A DNA stretch of 64,000 bases. Origin: Perkinsus chesapeaki ATCC PRA-425 (Eukaryota; Protista; Perkinsozoa). The position numbers were made by a program, and so were the translations under genes. Positions 34,963 to 47,543 of the stretch are shown in pieces. The notes under the pieces were generated by a model. That model was not told the DNA's origin, ran no database searches, and saw only the letters and a program-made list of their open reading frames with translations. Numbering within the stretch: position 1 is the stretch's first letter; every line of letters begins with the position of its first letter. The stretch covers positions 36,717-100,716 of the forward strand of contig JAAPAO010000053.1 of the NCBI GenBank assembly GCA_013115145.1. Direction: 5' to 3'.

Positions 34963-37516
34963 ATGGTACATGAGACCCTAGTAACCCCCTCAATCCACCC
35001 CTCTACCCGATTGGACATCAGCGATGCCCGTAAGAAGCGAGCTCGACTGGAATATGGTAAGCCCTTGCTTTATTATAAAATACCCCTTTATTACTATATA
35101 GTAATATAGACCTTTTACTATATAGTAATATAGACCTTTTACTATATAGTAATATAGACCTTTTACTATATAGTAATATAGACCTTTTNNNNNNNNNNNN
35201 NNNNNNNNNNNNNNNNNNNNNNNNNNNNNNNNNNNNNNNNNNNNNNNNNNNNNNNNNNNNNNNNNNNNNNNNNNNNNNNNNNNNNNNTACTATATAATAA
35301 TATAGACCTTTTACTATGTATGATAATTGTATAGGTTGTTACTCCATTGACAATATGAAGTGCATTTGTTGAAAATAGACAACCATTCCCAATCTCTCCA
35401 AAAGTCCAATGTGCCTACTACTTCCCTTTCAGCACCCCCTTTGAGCTCCATCAGTGCAGGCTACGGCACTATGGCCGCCGGTCAGCCCCTGGTCGGCCGC
35501 TACCAGACTTCCCTGGTGTGCCCTAGAGAGGCGCTTCGTAAGCTTATGAGCCGCCTGGTGGACATCCAGATCGAATCAAGATGCGTTATACAGCTCGGGG
35601 ACGATGTAGTGGATCCGGACACAGGCGGCAACGGCGTCACTTTGAAGCTAGCAGCAAGTAAGCAACTCTCACAAAGATTTCTCGGCAGCTTCCTGTCTAC
35701 CAGATACCGACATTTCCCTTCAAGAATGCATCAATAGAGTGCAGGAGATCATATCTGGTGTACTGGCGACCCATGCCGGCAAGATGCCCCATGGCTTCGA
35801 CAAAAAAGTAACAACTTGTTCAGTAACACCACAGGTGTGGCACTTCTTCTTCTTCCTCCTTCAGACACTCACGATACCAGCAGCCTGTGTCAGTGACGTT
35901 CTGGGCCCTCGCGGTGCAGTTATCCGAGCTATCCAAAGAGACTCCGGTGCTAAACTGATACTGTCACCTTTGGCCGTCGGTGATCCCCACCGAGAGCACC
36001 AGGGCGACCATGCCCTCACTTTAATCGGGGGCTCGGACCAAATCGCTGCTGCGGCTTGGATGGTTCATGATGTCCTTCAAGGCCAGTACAACACCTACTG
36101 TGCAGTTTTCCAGCAAGAGCTAGATAGACGTGCCAAGGCGCAATCGGCCGGCCCTGGGTTTACCAGACACGCTGGCAGCAACATTTGGGAGGAGAGGGTA
36201 CCAGCTTGGGGAGTGCTAGCCCTCCATGATGTTCTATCTCAGACCCTACGTATCCCAGAAGAGATCGTTTCCTCTCTATCAGGCCCTAGTGGCAGCAATG
36301 CTCTATCCAAGCTGGAACATGCATCTGGTGCTACGGTCACTTTAGAGTGTAAGTTGGGTGAAAATGGTATGCAGCTCGGGGTGAAGTACTTTTTGTCAGC
36401 CCCTACATTCAATATCTTCGACCTCGACGGCTCAAGCTTATCAAGCCTTGGTATGCAGCAGCTTGGTAATTACTCATACCATATTTCCCTCAGCTCCTTC
36501 GGTCTTCACCCCATGTCTGCCCACCGAGGAGAACGACACCAAAACCTTGAAGATATCCGGCAAGAGCCCCGAGGTCGCCGCCGCATACGACCTGGCCGTG
36601 TCCATGGTTGAAAATGACGTCGAAGGCCGCAAAGTTGCCGATCGTCTCGGAGAGTAAGCCCAACTATCCCCCCTGATTGACTCTCCCCCTCAGGACGGCA
36701 TCAACGCTATCACCCTTCGCATCATCGAGCGAGGCCAACTCCTATGCTACCATGGCCAGCTCCCGTAGAGGCTCGGACGCCGAACGCCAAACGCGCGTTC
36801 TGGATATTCCATTTGAGTACATCGGTAATGTAGTCGGCCCGCAAGGCGCCGTTCTCTGGGCTATCAAACATGATACCGGCGTCAACCTTACAATGGAGAA
36901 GGGTACGGTAAGAGGTGCACCGAGGCCCCTGGTTATGAGAGGAACTCCAGAGAGCTTGGATAAGGCCACTGAGCTGGTGAACGAAGTTTTGGAGGTAAGA
37001 AGATACCTTGGTAGTGGAAAGATGTATCTGTTGTGTAGGGCCGCTATGATATTGATGAAGCCGTTCGCCGTCGTCAAAGTGAATTTCGTAGAAGGTGATT
37101 GGTCACCTTTCCGGGTTGCTGCTGCTGCTGAGTAGCCCTCTTTATGAAAGTATGAAGTGTTCCTATTATTATCCAGTGCTACTGCTATACGAGGGTTCAT
37201 CCTCGCAAAAACAGCAGCAGCCCCAACAACAACAACAACAAAGCTATTGGTGTGACTTTGGCATCCGCTATTGTGTGTATTTATCGTCTCAATTGTGTCA
37301 ATTGTCCCTTTATTCTTGTTCTTCTCGCCTATATCTCTGTTACTGTTCTTTGCTACTGGTGATGTTAATATACCAACCCCCTCAGCTACTACTCCAACAA
37401 TTTTGCTATTTACCTATTACTGGTGTCTGATCTTTGAGCCAAGGCCGCCGTCTCGGATAACCAGGTGAGGTTATCCATTTGTTCTTGAGAGGCCGCCGCC
37501 GCCTTCACCTATTATT
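34963..37516 (+). CDS. Multi-KH-domain RNA-binding protein (copy A)
   Basis: KH motifs VSDVLGPRGAVIRAIQRDSGA, SSLSGPSGSNALSKLEHASGA and IGNVVGPQGAVLWAIKHDTGV; Q-rich tail. Confidence 0.82.
35089..35320. repeat. 24-nt AT-rich minisatellite whose unit contains the palindrome TTACTATATAGTAA; spans an N gap (35189-35287)
   Basis: Unit TTTTACTATATAGTAATATAGACC repeated about 4 times before the gap and once (variant) after it; lies in the inferred first intron of KH gene A. Confidence 0.92.
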
Positions 37517-37649
37517 AAAACTATTCTACGATAAGCTTCACAGACCATTTGTAAATCCAGTGTCACCACCCCCGAGTTTCTTCGCCATATGGAGTTGGGT
37601 TTCGTAATCGCAAGGCTCCGCAGCCGCCGCCGCCTCAGTCTTAAGACGT

Positions 37650-40255
37650 ATGACCATGAACAGCAACAACAGCAGCAGTGAGGAGCCGGCAGCAGCAGGC
37701 GATCCCGCGATGGGGACTAAGAGGGCTCGGCAGGAGGATAGCAATGAGAATGACGCTACACCGCCGGAGAAGAAGGCAGCCACATCGGACCCCGTAGCGG
37801 AGGCTGCGGCGGCAGCAGCAGCGGCGGCAGCAGCAGCTGCAGCTAGGGTGAATGTTGGTAGGACATTGTTCTGTTTGGGGTATTGATAGTTTATTAAGTT
37901 TATAGTGTAGCCAATAACAGGACCCTTGATGATCTTGTTTCAACCGATAGCTTGTAGCCATCGTAAAGCCATTCCCCCCCCACAATGATGACAGCTCACC
38001 CATCCAGCGTCATGGATAAAGGAGCTTGGGAACCGCTGATGTATAATATGATAATTCTGTATTTCTCTGTCGTGAAGAACCTTCACATCCGTTTACATTC
38101 AGCTGTCGAATCTAGCTACCGACGTCGTGCCCCACGTAGATGTCGGGAGTACGCGGCGTCTCGAACACGCGGTTTTTAGCAATGGGGTTCTTGAATATCG
38201 AACAGGATGATTCGCCGCTCGAATAGATCTACCTTACTGAGGTAACCTTAGTAGTGCCCCTTAATTATGTTGTCCAAACTGGTGTGTCCAGCTCGAGGCC
38301 TATCGAGGCGCCTGTTATGCGCATTCCGGACCCTGTGATGATGGCGGAGTTGATATGAATTGTAGGTGCCCAGCGACCTACTGCTTCTCCTCCTACCCAC
38401 CTGCCAGAGCCACCCATCACAACACCACAACCAGCTGCTCAGCAAACTCAGCAGCCGTCGATGCCTATGAACCCCATGGCGAAGTTTGGTACTATTGGAC
38501 CGGCGGTGGCGGGTGAGGGCAGTACAGAGTGCATAAAATGCGGATGATGATATAGCGTCGTCTTCTTCAGAGGGCAGCCAGCAACAACATGGAGCTTCAG
38601 AAGCCCATCGGATCCCTACGGCCTTCCCCTCTTTGATGTCAGTGCCAGGAAAGTTCGTGAAGGAAGTGAAGTGCCCGCAGTCGGTGCTGGGACGAGTAGC
38701 CCTTCGCTCAAAGCAGCAAAGCTGGGACGTTGTTGTTATTTTTTAGATCATAGGACCGCGAGGCGCGACTATCAATCAGTTGCAGGCCACCACACTGTGT
38801 AAAATACAGTGTCTTCCTGCCCCGCCTGGAGGCTTCGCCACCGTCAGGGTCACCGGCCGTAGGGATCTAGTTGGACCTTCGGGAGTTGTATGCCGATGCT
38901 CTTTCAGCTACTCAAACGTGTGTCGATGGTGCTATCATATACGTACAGGCGATGGTCGGCAACTGGGATGACTACGCGAATGATCAGCTTATAAAGCCAG
39001 GGGCAAAGGAAGTGAGCAAGGTACTTCTCTCATAGGGCCACTGAGGCACTGTAGTCGTAGATCTCTGGAATGACTCCAACATAGAGTAGTTGCCTCTTGT
39101 CGGAGAGCATCATGTGTATCAAGGACGGGTAGTATTGTCTTTAGGAGATACTTATCCCACACATTCACGTCGGCAGCGTTATTGGACCTAAAGGGTCGGT
39201 TATTAAAACGATTGAGGCGGACACGGGAGCCAAACTGGAAGTTGGTAAGCATCCCTCCGTCTCGGCGCCGCCGCCGCCAGCCGCTGTTGCTGCTGTCGTC
39301 CCGTAGAGTTCTCCGATCAGGACTGCAAGAGCGATGCTGCTCAGAGGGTTATTTAAATTTCACTGCCAGTGTAGTTTGATAACTTGATTGCTGCTGCTGG
39401 TGGTGTTGTTGCTGTTACTATTGCACTTGTGTAGTTGTTTCACCCTTCTCCTTTGGTGGCTCATTGACGAGATTTAGTATTTAGTATTTTTACAGTAAGT
39501 AATAAGCTTACAACATCAACAACAGCAATATAACCCATTCCGCAGGAGAAACCCGAAACCCGAATCAGATGCTCGATCTTCCCTTAGATACTCGTAACTC
39601 CCGCGTGTCGAAGGAGGACCGTCACATGATCATTTCGGGTCCTGAGCAAGCTGTCAATAAGGCTGCTGAGTATATCATGTCGGTGATGGCCGGAACCTAC
39701 GATATTAATCAAGCCGTATTGAGAATGACAGCGCTGGACAACAGCTCTGGGTAGGGGGGGGCTGCATACTGGAGAAGATACCTTATCCTTCCTAGGTCCT
39801 ACTTCAGCTCCGAGGCCCAACAGTGGGGTAATACTCAACAGCAGCAGCAACAACAGCAACAATGGGCCACGACCACCCAGTACCAGCAAGCTATCGCTCA
39901 GGCTGCCTACGCTCAAGCGATGGCTGACATGGCTGCTCGGAACAAGGCCACGCCGGCCAGCGGAGTTGTCGCCGAGTCCGGGCCGGCACCACCATCAGCT
40001 CCACCACCGATGGACCCCGCTGTCCTCAATCAATGGCGGGCCTATATCGTGCAGTGTGAGCACGCGATTGCCGCTGCTCCCGCGGATAAGAGAAAGGAGA
40101 TGAAGGACTATGTGGAGGGTCTTAAGAGGCAGTACGGCCTCACCGACGAGGTGCTTGGAGGCTCCGCTGCTCAAGAGAAAAAAGAAGATGCCGAGCCGCC
40201 TGTAGACCGACGGCTGGTCAGTGTTAGCAAGAGTACTACAGAGGCCGACGAGTAG
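37650..40255 (+). CDS. KH-domain RNA-binding protein (copy B), FUBP/KHSRP-like architecture
   Basis: Ala-rich N-terminus, KH motifs IGPRGATINQLQ and VGSVIGPKGSVIKTIEADTGAKLE, IISGPEQAVNKAAEYI, and a Q/Y-rich C-terminus with QWRAY. Confidence 0.82.
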
Positions 40256-40473
40256 CTGCTGCTGCTCTCTGGTTGCGCTTCGGTGTAGTATTGGTGATTT
40301 TGGCGCTTTCTGGTATCGGTTGAGTTATAAGTTTTGGGAATGGAGCGGTATGAGCAGCAGCTGCTGTCTCTGGTGACTATGGCCGTTGACTTGCCCGACT
40401 CCACCACGAGCTTGTTGGCAGCGGATGGGCCCTCTGCGGAGGCTGGACTTGTACGGGCCTCATCCAGGTACAA

Positions 40474-42257
40474 ATGCCCGTTCGTGGGATAACGACTACT
40501 CGTCTTTCCAGTAAGAGCGCAGCCGTTCGACTATCCATAGCTCCTATGGTGGATGTCTCCGACAGGGACTTCCGCATGGTAGGGCTCAATAAGCATGCTC
40601 GGTAACTCACCCATTTCAGTTCATGCGGCTGCTGAGCAACAAGTGCGAGGTCTGGACAGAGATGCTGGTTGACCAGGCACTTGTGCACAACGCTGGCCAC
40701 TCTGGGCAGCTGGAAAAGCTCATAGGCTTCTCCCAGCAGGAGCATCCTATAGTGTGTCAGCTCGGCGGCCATGATCCGGCCAAGCTTGCGGCTGCAGCTC
40801 GAATAGCTCGTGGCCGAGGCTACGATGAGATAAACCTCAATGTTGGGTGCCCGAGCTCTAGAGTGGCCGGCCATGGCCTGATGGGCGTGGCCCTTATGAA
40901 GACACCGGAGTTGGTTCGGGATTGCCTTAGGGCAATTGAGAAGGAAGTGATAGGGCGGCGATATGGCATTTCGAGAAATCATTGCAGTTTTACCGCGCGT
41001 TCTTGTGATGAAATTCAGAGAAAGGGGCAAAGAAATTTTATCGAGTGAGAATTGAACCGCCGAAGTCGTCGTCGAATTCCCGTCCTAATTGTCCTGGGCA
41101 CCGCTTAAATGCCCAGGAGCTGAATTGAGAGTGAAAGTTGTTTATCCGGGATAGAATCGAAGCCTCCGACTCGGAGGGTAACACTCCACATTCCCAACAG
41201 CAGTATGATCCGTACCATCGAGCAATACGTTGTTTTGGAAGGGCGTGATCATCTCTCCTCAGGTTCCTAACGTTTCTATCAAAACCAGGCTCGGCGTTGA
41301 CGATCTCGATACTGAGGACTTCACCAGATCCTTTCTAGACACTGTTTTACCATCACCGACCGGTCCTGGCTCCCAGCAGCAGCCCTTCCGTGTTATTATG
41401 CACTGCCGGAAGGCCTGGCTGCAGGGCCTCTCCCCGGCCGAGAACCGTAAGCATGGCTCAGTGGTAGCTGTAACGTCCCTCCAGCCCTTCCTTTAGGTAC
41501 TGTTCCTCCTCTTAACTACCCGAGAGCGTATAAGGTCCTAGGCGACTTTGGCTCAAGAGTGCGATGGACGCTCAATGGAGGTATTGAAACGCTGTGGCAG
41601 GCTCGAGATGTTATGATGGACGAGATGGCGCCGGCGAATCTCGAAGGTATCGGCCTGCAACGAAATATAAACACTGTATTCTTACGTAGGTGTTATGATC
41701 GGGCGAGCGGCGTACAATAATCCCTGTATCCTGCATGATGCTGATGTCTACTTGTATGGCTGTGACGAGAACCCGATCACAGCTCAGTCGAGGGGGGCCC
41801 TGCTTGAAGCCTATGCTGACTATCTTCATGATCGATATCCTCTCGAAAGCGATTCTCCCCTCACCCCCGGCACCTTTGCTACTTCCTTGAAACCAGTGAG
41901 AGACAGGATCACTTGGGAATCGAACGGCGGTTTTTCTGTCAGACCCTCGGGACATTCGCTAACAAGGTGGGCAACAGGGCCTACCGGCATGCCATTGACG
42001 GCCTCATCAAAGCCCACAAGCACAGCGGGGAGGCTGGCCCAGGGGATGTCATCAGAATGGCCATGAAAGAGCTGCCAGAAGATGTTCTTTGGGAACGATT
42101 CCCACCAACGGTTGATGTTGAGGAAGCAGAGCGGGCCGAACGCCAGCGGTTGGCGGAGACCCAACGGGAGCAGCATGAACGCCTTCGAGTCCAGTACGCC
42201 AAAAAGGAATCTACACAACGGGCTCGCCTCGCCTATGGTAGAGTGGGCTCTAGCTGA
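40474..42257 (+). CDS. dusA: tRNA-dihydrouridine synthase, DusA (Dus20/20a) type, multi-exon
   Basis: SIAPMVD, CQLGG, EINLNVGCPS (catalytic Cys), SIKTRLG, IMHCRKAWLQGLSPAENR, PPLNY, NGGI and VMIGRAAY. Confidence 0.9.
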
Positions 42258-42361
42258 ACGTATAATAATACCCCTCATCGGTGTAACTATGTATCTTACC
42301 ATTACTACTGTCAACCAAGGAGGGGTTGTGTTGAAACCTCTGCACTTTTCTTCTCCCTTGT

Positions 42362-44066
42362 GTGCTTGCTATGTCTCTTCTAGAATGCCCATTCTGCCAC
42401 TCAACACTGTACGGCCCATCTCACAGAGCCCCTCCACTTAATGATGTGAAGGCCTCTACGCCGCCGATAAGGCATAAGGTCTCTCAAGGGGCCCCTCTCC
42501 TCACTCGAGCGGCCAGACTAGCTAATCGTCAGTGGTTGGCGGCCGAACACCGCCGGTCCACCAGGAGCAGCGCCTCTTTGCCGGACCGAAGGCACGTATC
42601 GGGTGGTACATCGCTTGTTATAGAGCCGCGGTTTGTTTACCAAACTCCTCCGAGGGGAGCAAAGCGACACGCCGCCACATTTTAGTGATTTCCTTACGTG
42701 TGTGGAGCTCCGCTTCACGCTTTCATCATCATCATGAACCTGCACGGTGTTTCACGCTTCCACGATGGTCGATGAGTTTGACTTGAGAAATGAGCTCATG
42801 TTTATTCAGTTTGATGCACCGCCGTTAACTCAAGGTCTGCAATATGGATGTGGGCATGGACCTTCTCTTCCTCCATCCCCGAGACCAGCCCTTAGCGCCG
42901 GCTCATCCCTTGGGCACCTTCTCTTTAGCAGATCGAGCGCCGTCTAGAGCTGCATGGCTTAACAGCTCGTCGGTTTCGTCGTTGGCCGTGAGCTCCAACA
43001 CTGCTGCTCTTCTCATGATACCGATAGTTATTCTGCTGGCGGCTATGCGGGCGACGACCCGCAGGACCCAAAAGGCTCACCGACCAGCACCGAAGTCGAC
43101 GAAACGCGATGTTCGAGCAATCTGTGGTAGCGTCCAGGGAGATGAGTCCTCCATTGTGAAAGTGGAAGAGCAAGAGCTGCTTTTGCACGTGCCGGAAGGT
43201 GACGACCAACGCATCGTTTTATGGAGGGATGCATCGGTCCCTAATTTATGTATCATCGTTGACAAGGACGCCAAGCTCACTTTGCGAGAGGACATCAACC
43301 AGAGCGGCAAGACTAAGATACTTTTGAGAGAAGGTGCAAGCCTAGATCATATCGTGCATCAATCAGGCGGGGAATGCCCTACCAAAGTAGAGCACCAAGG
43401 AGGCAACTCTAGGTATACCGAAACTCGTGTGGTTACTGCTGGCGCTGGCGAGGCTTTGCATTCCACTGATATCTCCATCAAAGGCAACGACTGTGTTTCT
43501 GACGTCAACTCCATCCACGTTGTGACCCATGAAGGGGGTCGGACCAATTCCGACTCTTACTGTAATTTTCTCGGGACCGGTATAAAGGCCCAGCAAACTC
43601 ATAGAGCGGTGAGACCTCCGGGGAGAATGCACGACAGCCATCACTGCGGTTTAGGTTTTGTGTGGGCGTAAAAGCAGGAGCTTCTGGAAATCAACGTATA
43701 TGGTCAATAAAGTGGCACAGCAAACAGATGCTAATCAAGAGTGCAAAGCACTGATTCTGGATAAAACGGCCCGCATGTCCGCCAGGCCGGAGCTGCGGAT
43801 CCAAGCAGATGATGTGAAGGTCACCCATGGCGCAGCACTATCCACAACTATTGATCCGAGAGAGGTTAGAAGCACATGCGTTACCATCCTATTGCCATTC
43901 ATTTCAGCTTATGTATCTCGAGTCTCGGGGAGTGTCTCAATCTCGGGCTAGATGGCTTTGCATAAACGGCTTCATTGAGGATACGCTGGAGAAAGTGGCG
44001 GAGTCTGATGATCGAGAATGGCTGCGTGAGAAAGTGAAAGAAGCTATTAGTGAATTTGAGAACTGA
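42362..44066 (+). CDS. sufD: Fe-S cluster assembly protein SufD; 5' end uncertain
   Basis: AQQTDANQECKALILDKTARMSARPELRIQADDVKVTHGA...LMYLESRG is the SufD-type C-terminus (HGA rather than SufB HEA). Confidence 0.88.
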
Positions 44067-44099
44067 CTCTGTGGGATAGTTGATCATGTTGCGTTACCA

Positions 44100-45750
44100 C
44101 AGTATTGGGATGGGCTGTTATATTACAACTACGCTTGGGCTATGCATGAATAGCAATGATGATTGCCTGTATGCTCATAGCATACCAGAGTCGTGGGTCG
44201 AGGGACACTTCGATATCACGCTTGGCTTGACCAGAATGGCTATGCAGAACGTTGTAGCTCCTACAATTCCATCTCGCTACTCTCAAGCTTAATACTGCTC
44301 CACTTGATTTTACTCGAGCTCGCTGTTTCAATTCTTGCTCAATTCTTGCTACAAAACAGACCACTGTGTTACCTCCATGATTGCTGTCTTCTCACCTCTG
44401 GTAGCGAAAGACAACCCAAATGCAAAATTGAGGGTGCACGAAGACACATAGCTGTTCGGAAAATCACCGCCAAATGACGCCAGATGATCAATCTAGGCTA
44501 ACAGCTTTTTTCATGAGCGACTTGACCCGTGGCTTCTATCACCTCAAAATTAGGCGAATTCAATTGGTATGATCGAGAGTTCTGATGCGGAACAAGAACC
44601 TTGAAGAAGATGCTCGCAAACTCGCTAGTGACTCATTAACCTTCAGCCACCCGATTGGAGGGACATGCGATGCCGATCCGAAGTTAAATAGTAGGGGAGG
44701 CTGCAACAGCAATACAGCCTTCGCTCGACGTCCGGTAGCATATCGCACTTAAGAAACAAGAAGACGTATGCAGAAAGAGGGTGATCTCATGGTATTAGAC
44801 TAATACTATTAGTAATACTGTATTACCATAATGGTAATAACGCCATGGTTTCCATTGGTCGAGGTACATGATCGACCAAACCTCAGTGCAACTATTGAGC
44901 TCGATATAGCGAGTGCTAATGACTTGTGATTTCTTTTTTCAAGTTTTTTTCTATCAAACCTATGATTGAAAAGTATGGTACACGTTTAAGGAGACAATTA
45001 CGGGACTCCGAGGTTGCTCAAGCTCGCTGTACCCGTATGTAACGTGCGTGGTTAATAATACCACAAGGGAGTTCCAATGCAAATCACCAAGTCTTAGCTG
45101 TCTTCTCCCGTAGTGCGATTTGCGAAGACCTTGCTAGAAGTTGGATGGTACATGTCTTTTCACTAGCCAGTGCGGATCAGATACCGGTTGACTGTTCTTT
45201 GATAGAACTTCTATGAACCGTTTAAAGGCTATGTTTCGCACTAGACAATTTTAGTGCGTCTAGAGTAGCACCACCTGATAGAGTAAAATAGTAATTTAGT
45301 ATTTATTACTTAAGTACTATTAGTAGTCTTTCCTAACAAAGTCGAATTTGTCAATTGCGGAGTAGGAGATGCGGTCGACGTGGTAAGCAAGCGCTAGGGC
45401 AGCGCAGTTTCGACGAGTTGCTCGTATTGAACGATGAGCACCCTCTGCATCATTGTGCCATTTTGTTGTCAAATGTTCCAAAATTTCTCTACTAAGTTTT
45501 CGTACCCTCCGTGATTTCTGTTCCCAAATTGCTCGCTCTGTATTTGCATCTCGCTTCTCTTCCGTATGGAGACTTAGTTCCCGAAAATCCTGCAGGCTTC
45601 TCACTTGATACGCGTGCACTGACGTCACTACTCTTGAGTAGTGTACTCAGGCTCACGGTGAGCTGCTCACTTTCTGGTTTTATCCCTCGCTCGGCTCGCA
45701 GGCTTCGGCCCGCGGCCCGGGTTTCGAGATTGATGAATACCTAGTGCCTA
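44100..45750 (-). CDS. Hypothetical multi-exon protein with charged helical segments
   Basis: ORF 45320..45628 and smaller minus-strand exon-like pieces bounded by GT-AG; no family recognised. Confidence 0.35.
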
Positions 45751-45847
45751 CGGGACTTATGTAGAAAGCTGAAACAGTAAATGTTATACGTCATCGTCGA
45801 CCTCGTTAGGTTACTGCCTTGTATACTCAGATTTTTTGTTCCGGGAC

Positions 45848-46379
45848 ATGCACACCGTCTCATCGGCTCGGGCTGGGAATGCGCCCAACAATATCGCAGC
45901 GCCTCTACCAGACAACTATCATGCAACTTTATCCAACAGAGAGCTTCTGCAAGGTGCTATCTATGCTATAGGCCCTGGAGCCCAGGCAGTGAAGCAACGC
46001 TCCTGGACCAGGAGCACTGCTTTCTGCTGATCTCGCAGTGAACCTATTTTAGTCCAAGATAGAATGATGGCGGACCAAGACGAGCATCTGAACGAACTTG
46101 AGGGTACTGTACGCAACTTGAATAACATGTCTGTAGCGATATCCGAGGAGGTGTGGAGCCATTGCCGTATGCAATACGCAATTTTCGGCTTGTCAGATAG
46201 CTCTTCATAACGAGTTGCTGGATGGGTTGAATGACCAAGCATCGCTAACACAGGATTCCCTTGCATACAACCGAGGCCGTCTTTCTCAGGTTCTAATGCG
46301 TCATAATAACTGTTGGTTATGGTGCGTGATAATCTTATTCATCGTGATGATGGTATTACTCCTTACTATTGCACATTGA
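45848..46379 (+). CDS. Qc-SNARE (syntaxin-6/8 or Bet1-like), tail-anchored
   Basis: SNARE heptad QDRMMADQDEHLNELEGTVRNLNNMSVAISEE and C-terminal TM WLWCVIILFIVMMVLLLTIAH*. Confidence 0.85.
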
Positions 46380-46399
46380 GGTTTTTCCTGAAGCCCTCT

Positions 46400-47543
46400 G
46401 TATCGAGTTCAGAGCTGTCAGCCAGTGCTGTGAATGCCAACGAGATACACATTTCTCTCTGCACCCTTCTATGATCGATGAAATACTTTGTGATGCGACA
46501 ACTGAAGCATAGAGAACCATTGGCCTTGATTACAACCGTGGGACCGTAACTAGCTGTATTAAATAAAGTCACTGTATCTATAAGCGCACTATCTGCACTT
46601 AACTTTGTTGCGTGCAGAAGAAAGAGAGAACTTCCAACCCAAGGCTTATTAAGGGCGCAGAAAACCCTAACGTATGCGTGCAACTGTGTAGATCTCATCT
46701 GATCCAGTATAATTACGTCCAGTGGCCAGTTGGTCCAGTGGTGTCATTTTCTCTCCTCTGTTGATCAATCGTCATTCACCCAGCTTAGGAGTTTTGCTGT
46801 CGTTTCAGTAGATAAAAGCGTTTCAAAAGTGTTCGTCCAGTGCCATTTCATCCAACGTATACGTCCCACTTCAACTCAACTGTGGTAGAGCAATTTGGAA
46901 AACTTCATACTATGAAGTTCATAGTATGACACAACTTGAGTACCCACGACGATATCGCAGTACACGTAACTTAATAAAGTTCACACATATTACAACATCA
47001 GAAAGATGCGGCTGCAGAAGAGCTGTTGGAGCCTCTCGGCTGTTGCAGGGTGAACCTCATCGTAGGCGCCCTTTGGTGACGCGGCCCGTGTCACGCGGGA
47101 CGTTCTCAGCTCTGGTTAGAACAGAGTTGTAGGTTCTAAGATGAGTGGTACGTATATTGAGAATCAGGTAGAGAGTTAGGCGAAGGGTGCCAAGCGGTTC
47201 CACAGTATTGTGGGAAGTTAGCGTTACAAGTTCGGTGAAGTGTGAGTTCACACTCTTTCCGGTTGGTAGTGGGTTTTCGAGGATTGCCCCCACATTCCAG
47301 TCCGTGAAATAATCGGTCATATGCATCATATTGGTAACTATAGCGGGCTGGTAGAACCCTGGATGACGTATGCTAACCAAGTTGTTAAGCGTGTGAAAAT
47401 ACGGTTCGGTCAAGTTCAATGTTCTTTCACCGTAGCCATCATTGAGTGTTTTGCACGAACGTGGGAAGGACGTCGATGACTTGGGGCTCTTGGGTTACAT
47501 CCAAGACATGAACTGGATCGAACATGTAGAGCAAAGGCATTAA
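46400..47543. CDS. Probable hypothetical gene, coding strand unresolved
   Basis: Long minus ORFs (46366..46698, 47057..47419), but also plus-strand exon-like reads (VREIIGHMHHIGNYSGLVEPWMTYANQVVK) with plausible splice sites. Confidence 0.3.

Noticed and set aside
41547-41557. TTGGCTCAAG matching the 3' end of the dinoflagellate/Perkinsus spliced leader
   Set aside because: Only 10 nt and inside dusA coding sequence (DFGSR)
47429-47440. ACCGTAGCCATC matching the 5' 12 nt of the Perkinsus spliced leader
   Set aside because: The SL 3' half (TTGGCTCAAG) is missing, it is not upstream of a clear start, and it coincides with a likely splice acceptor (ttctttcaccgtag|)
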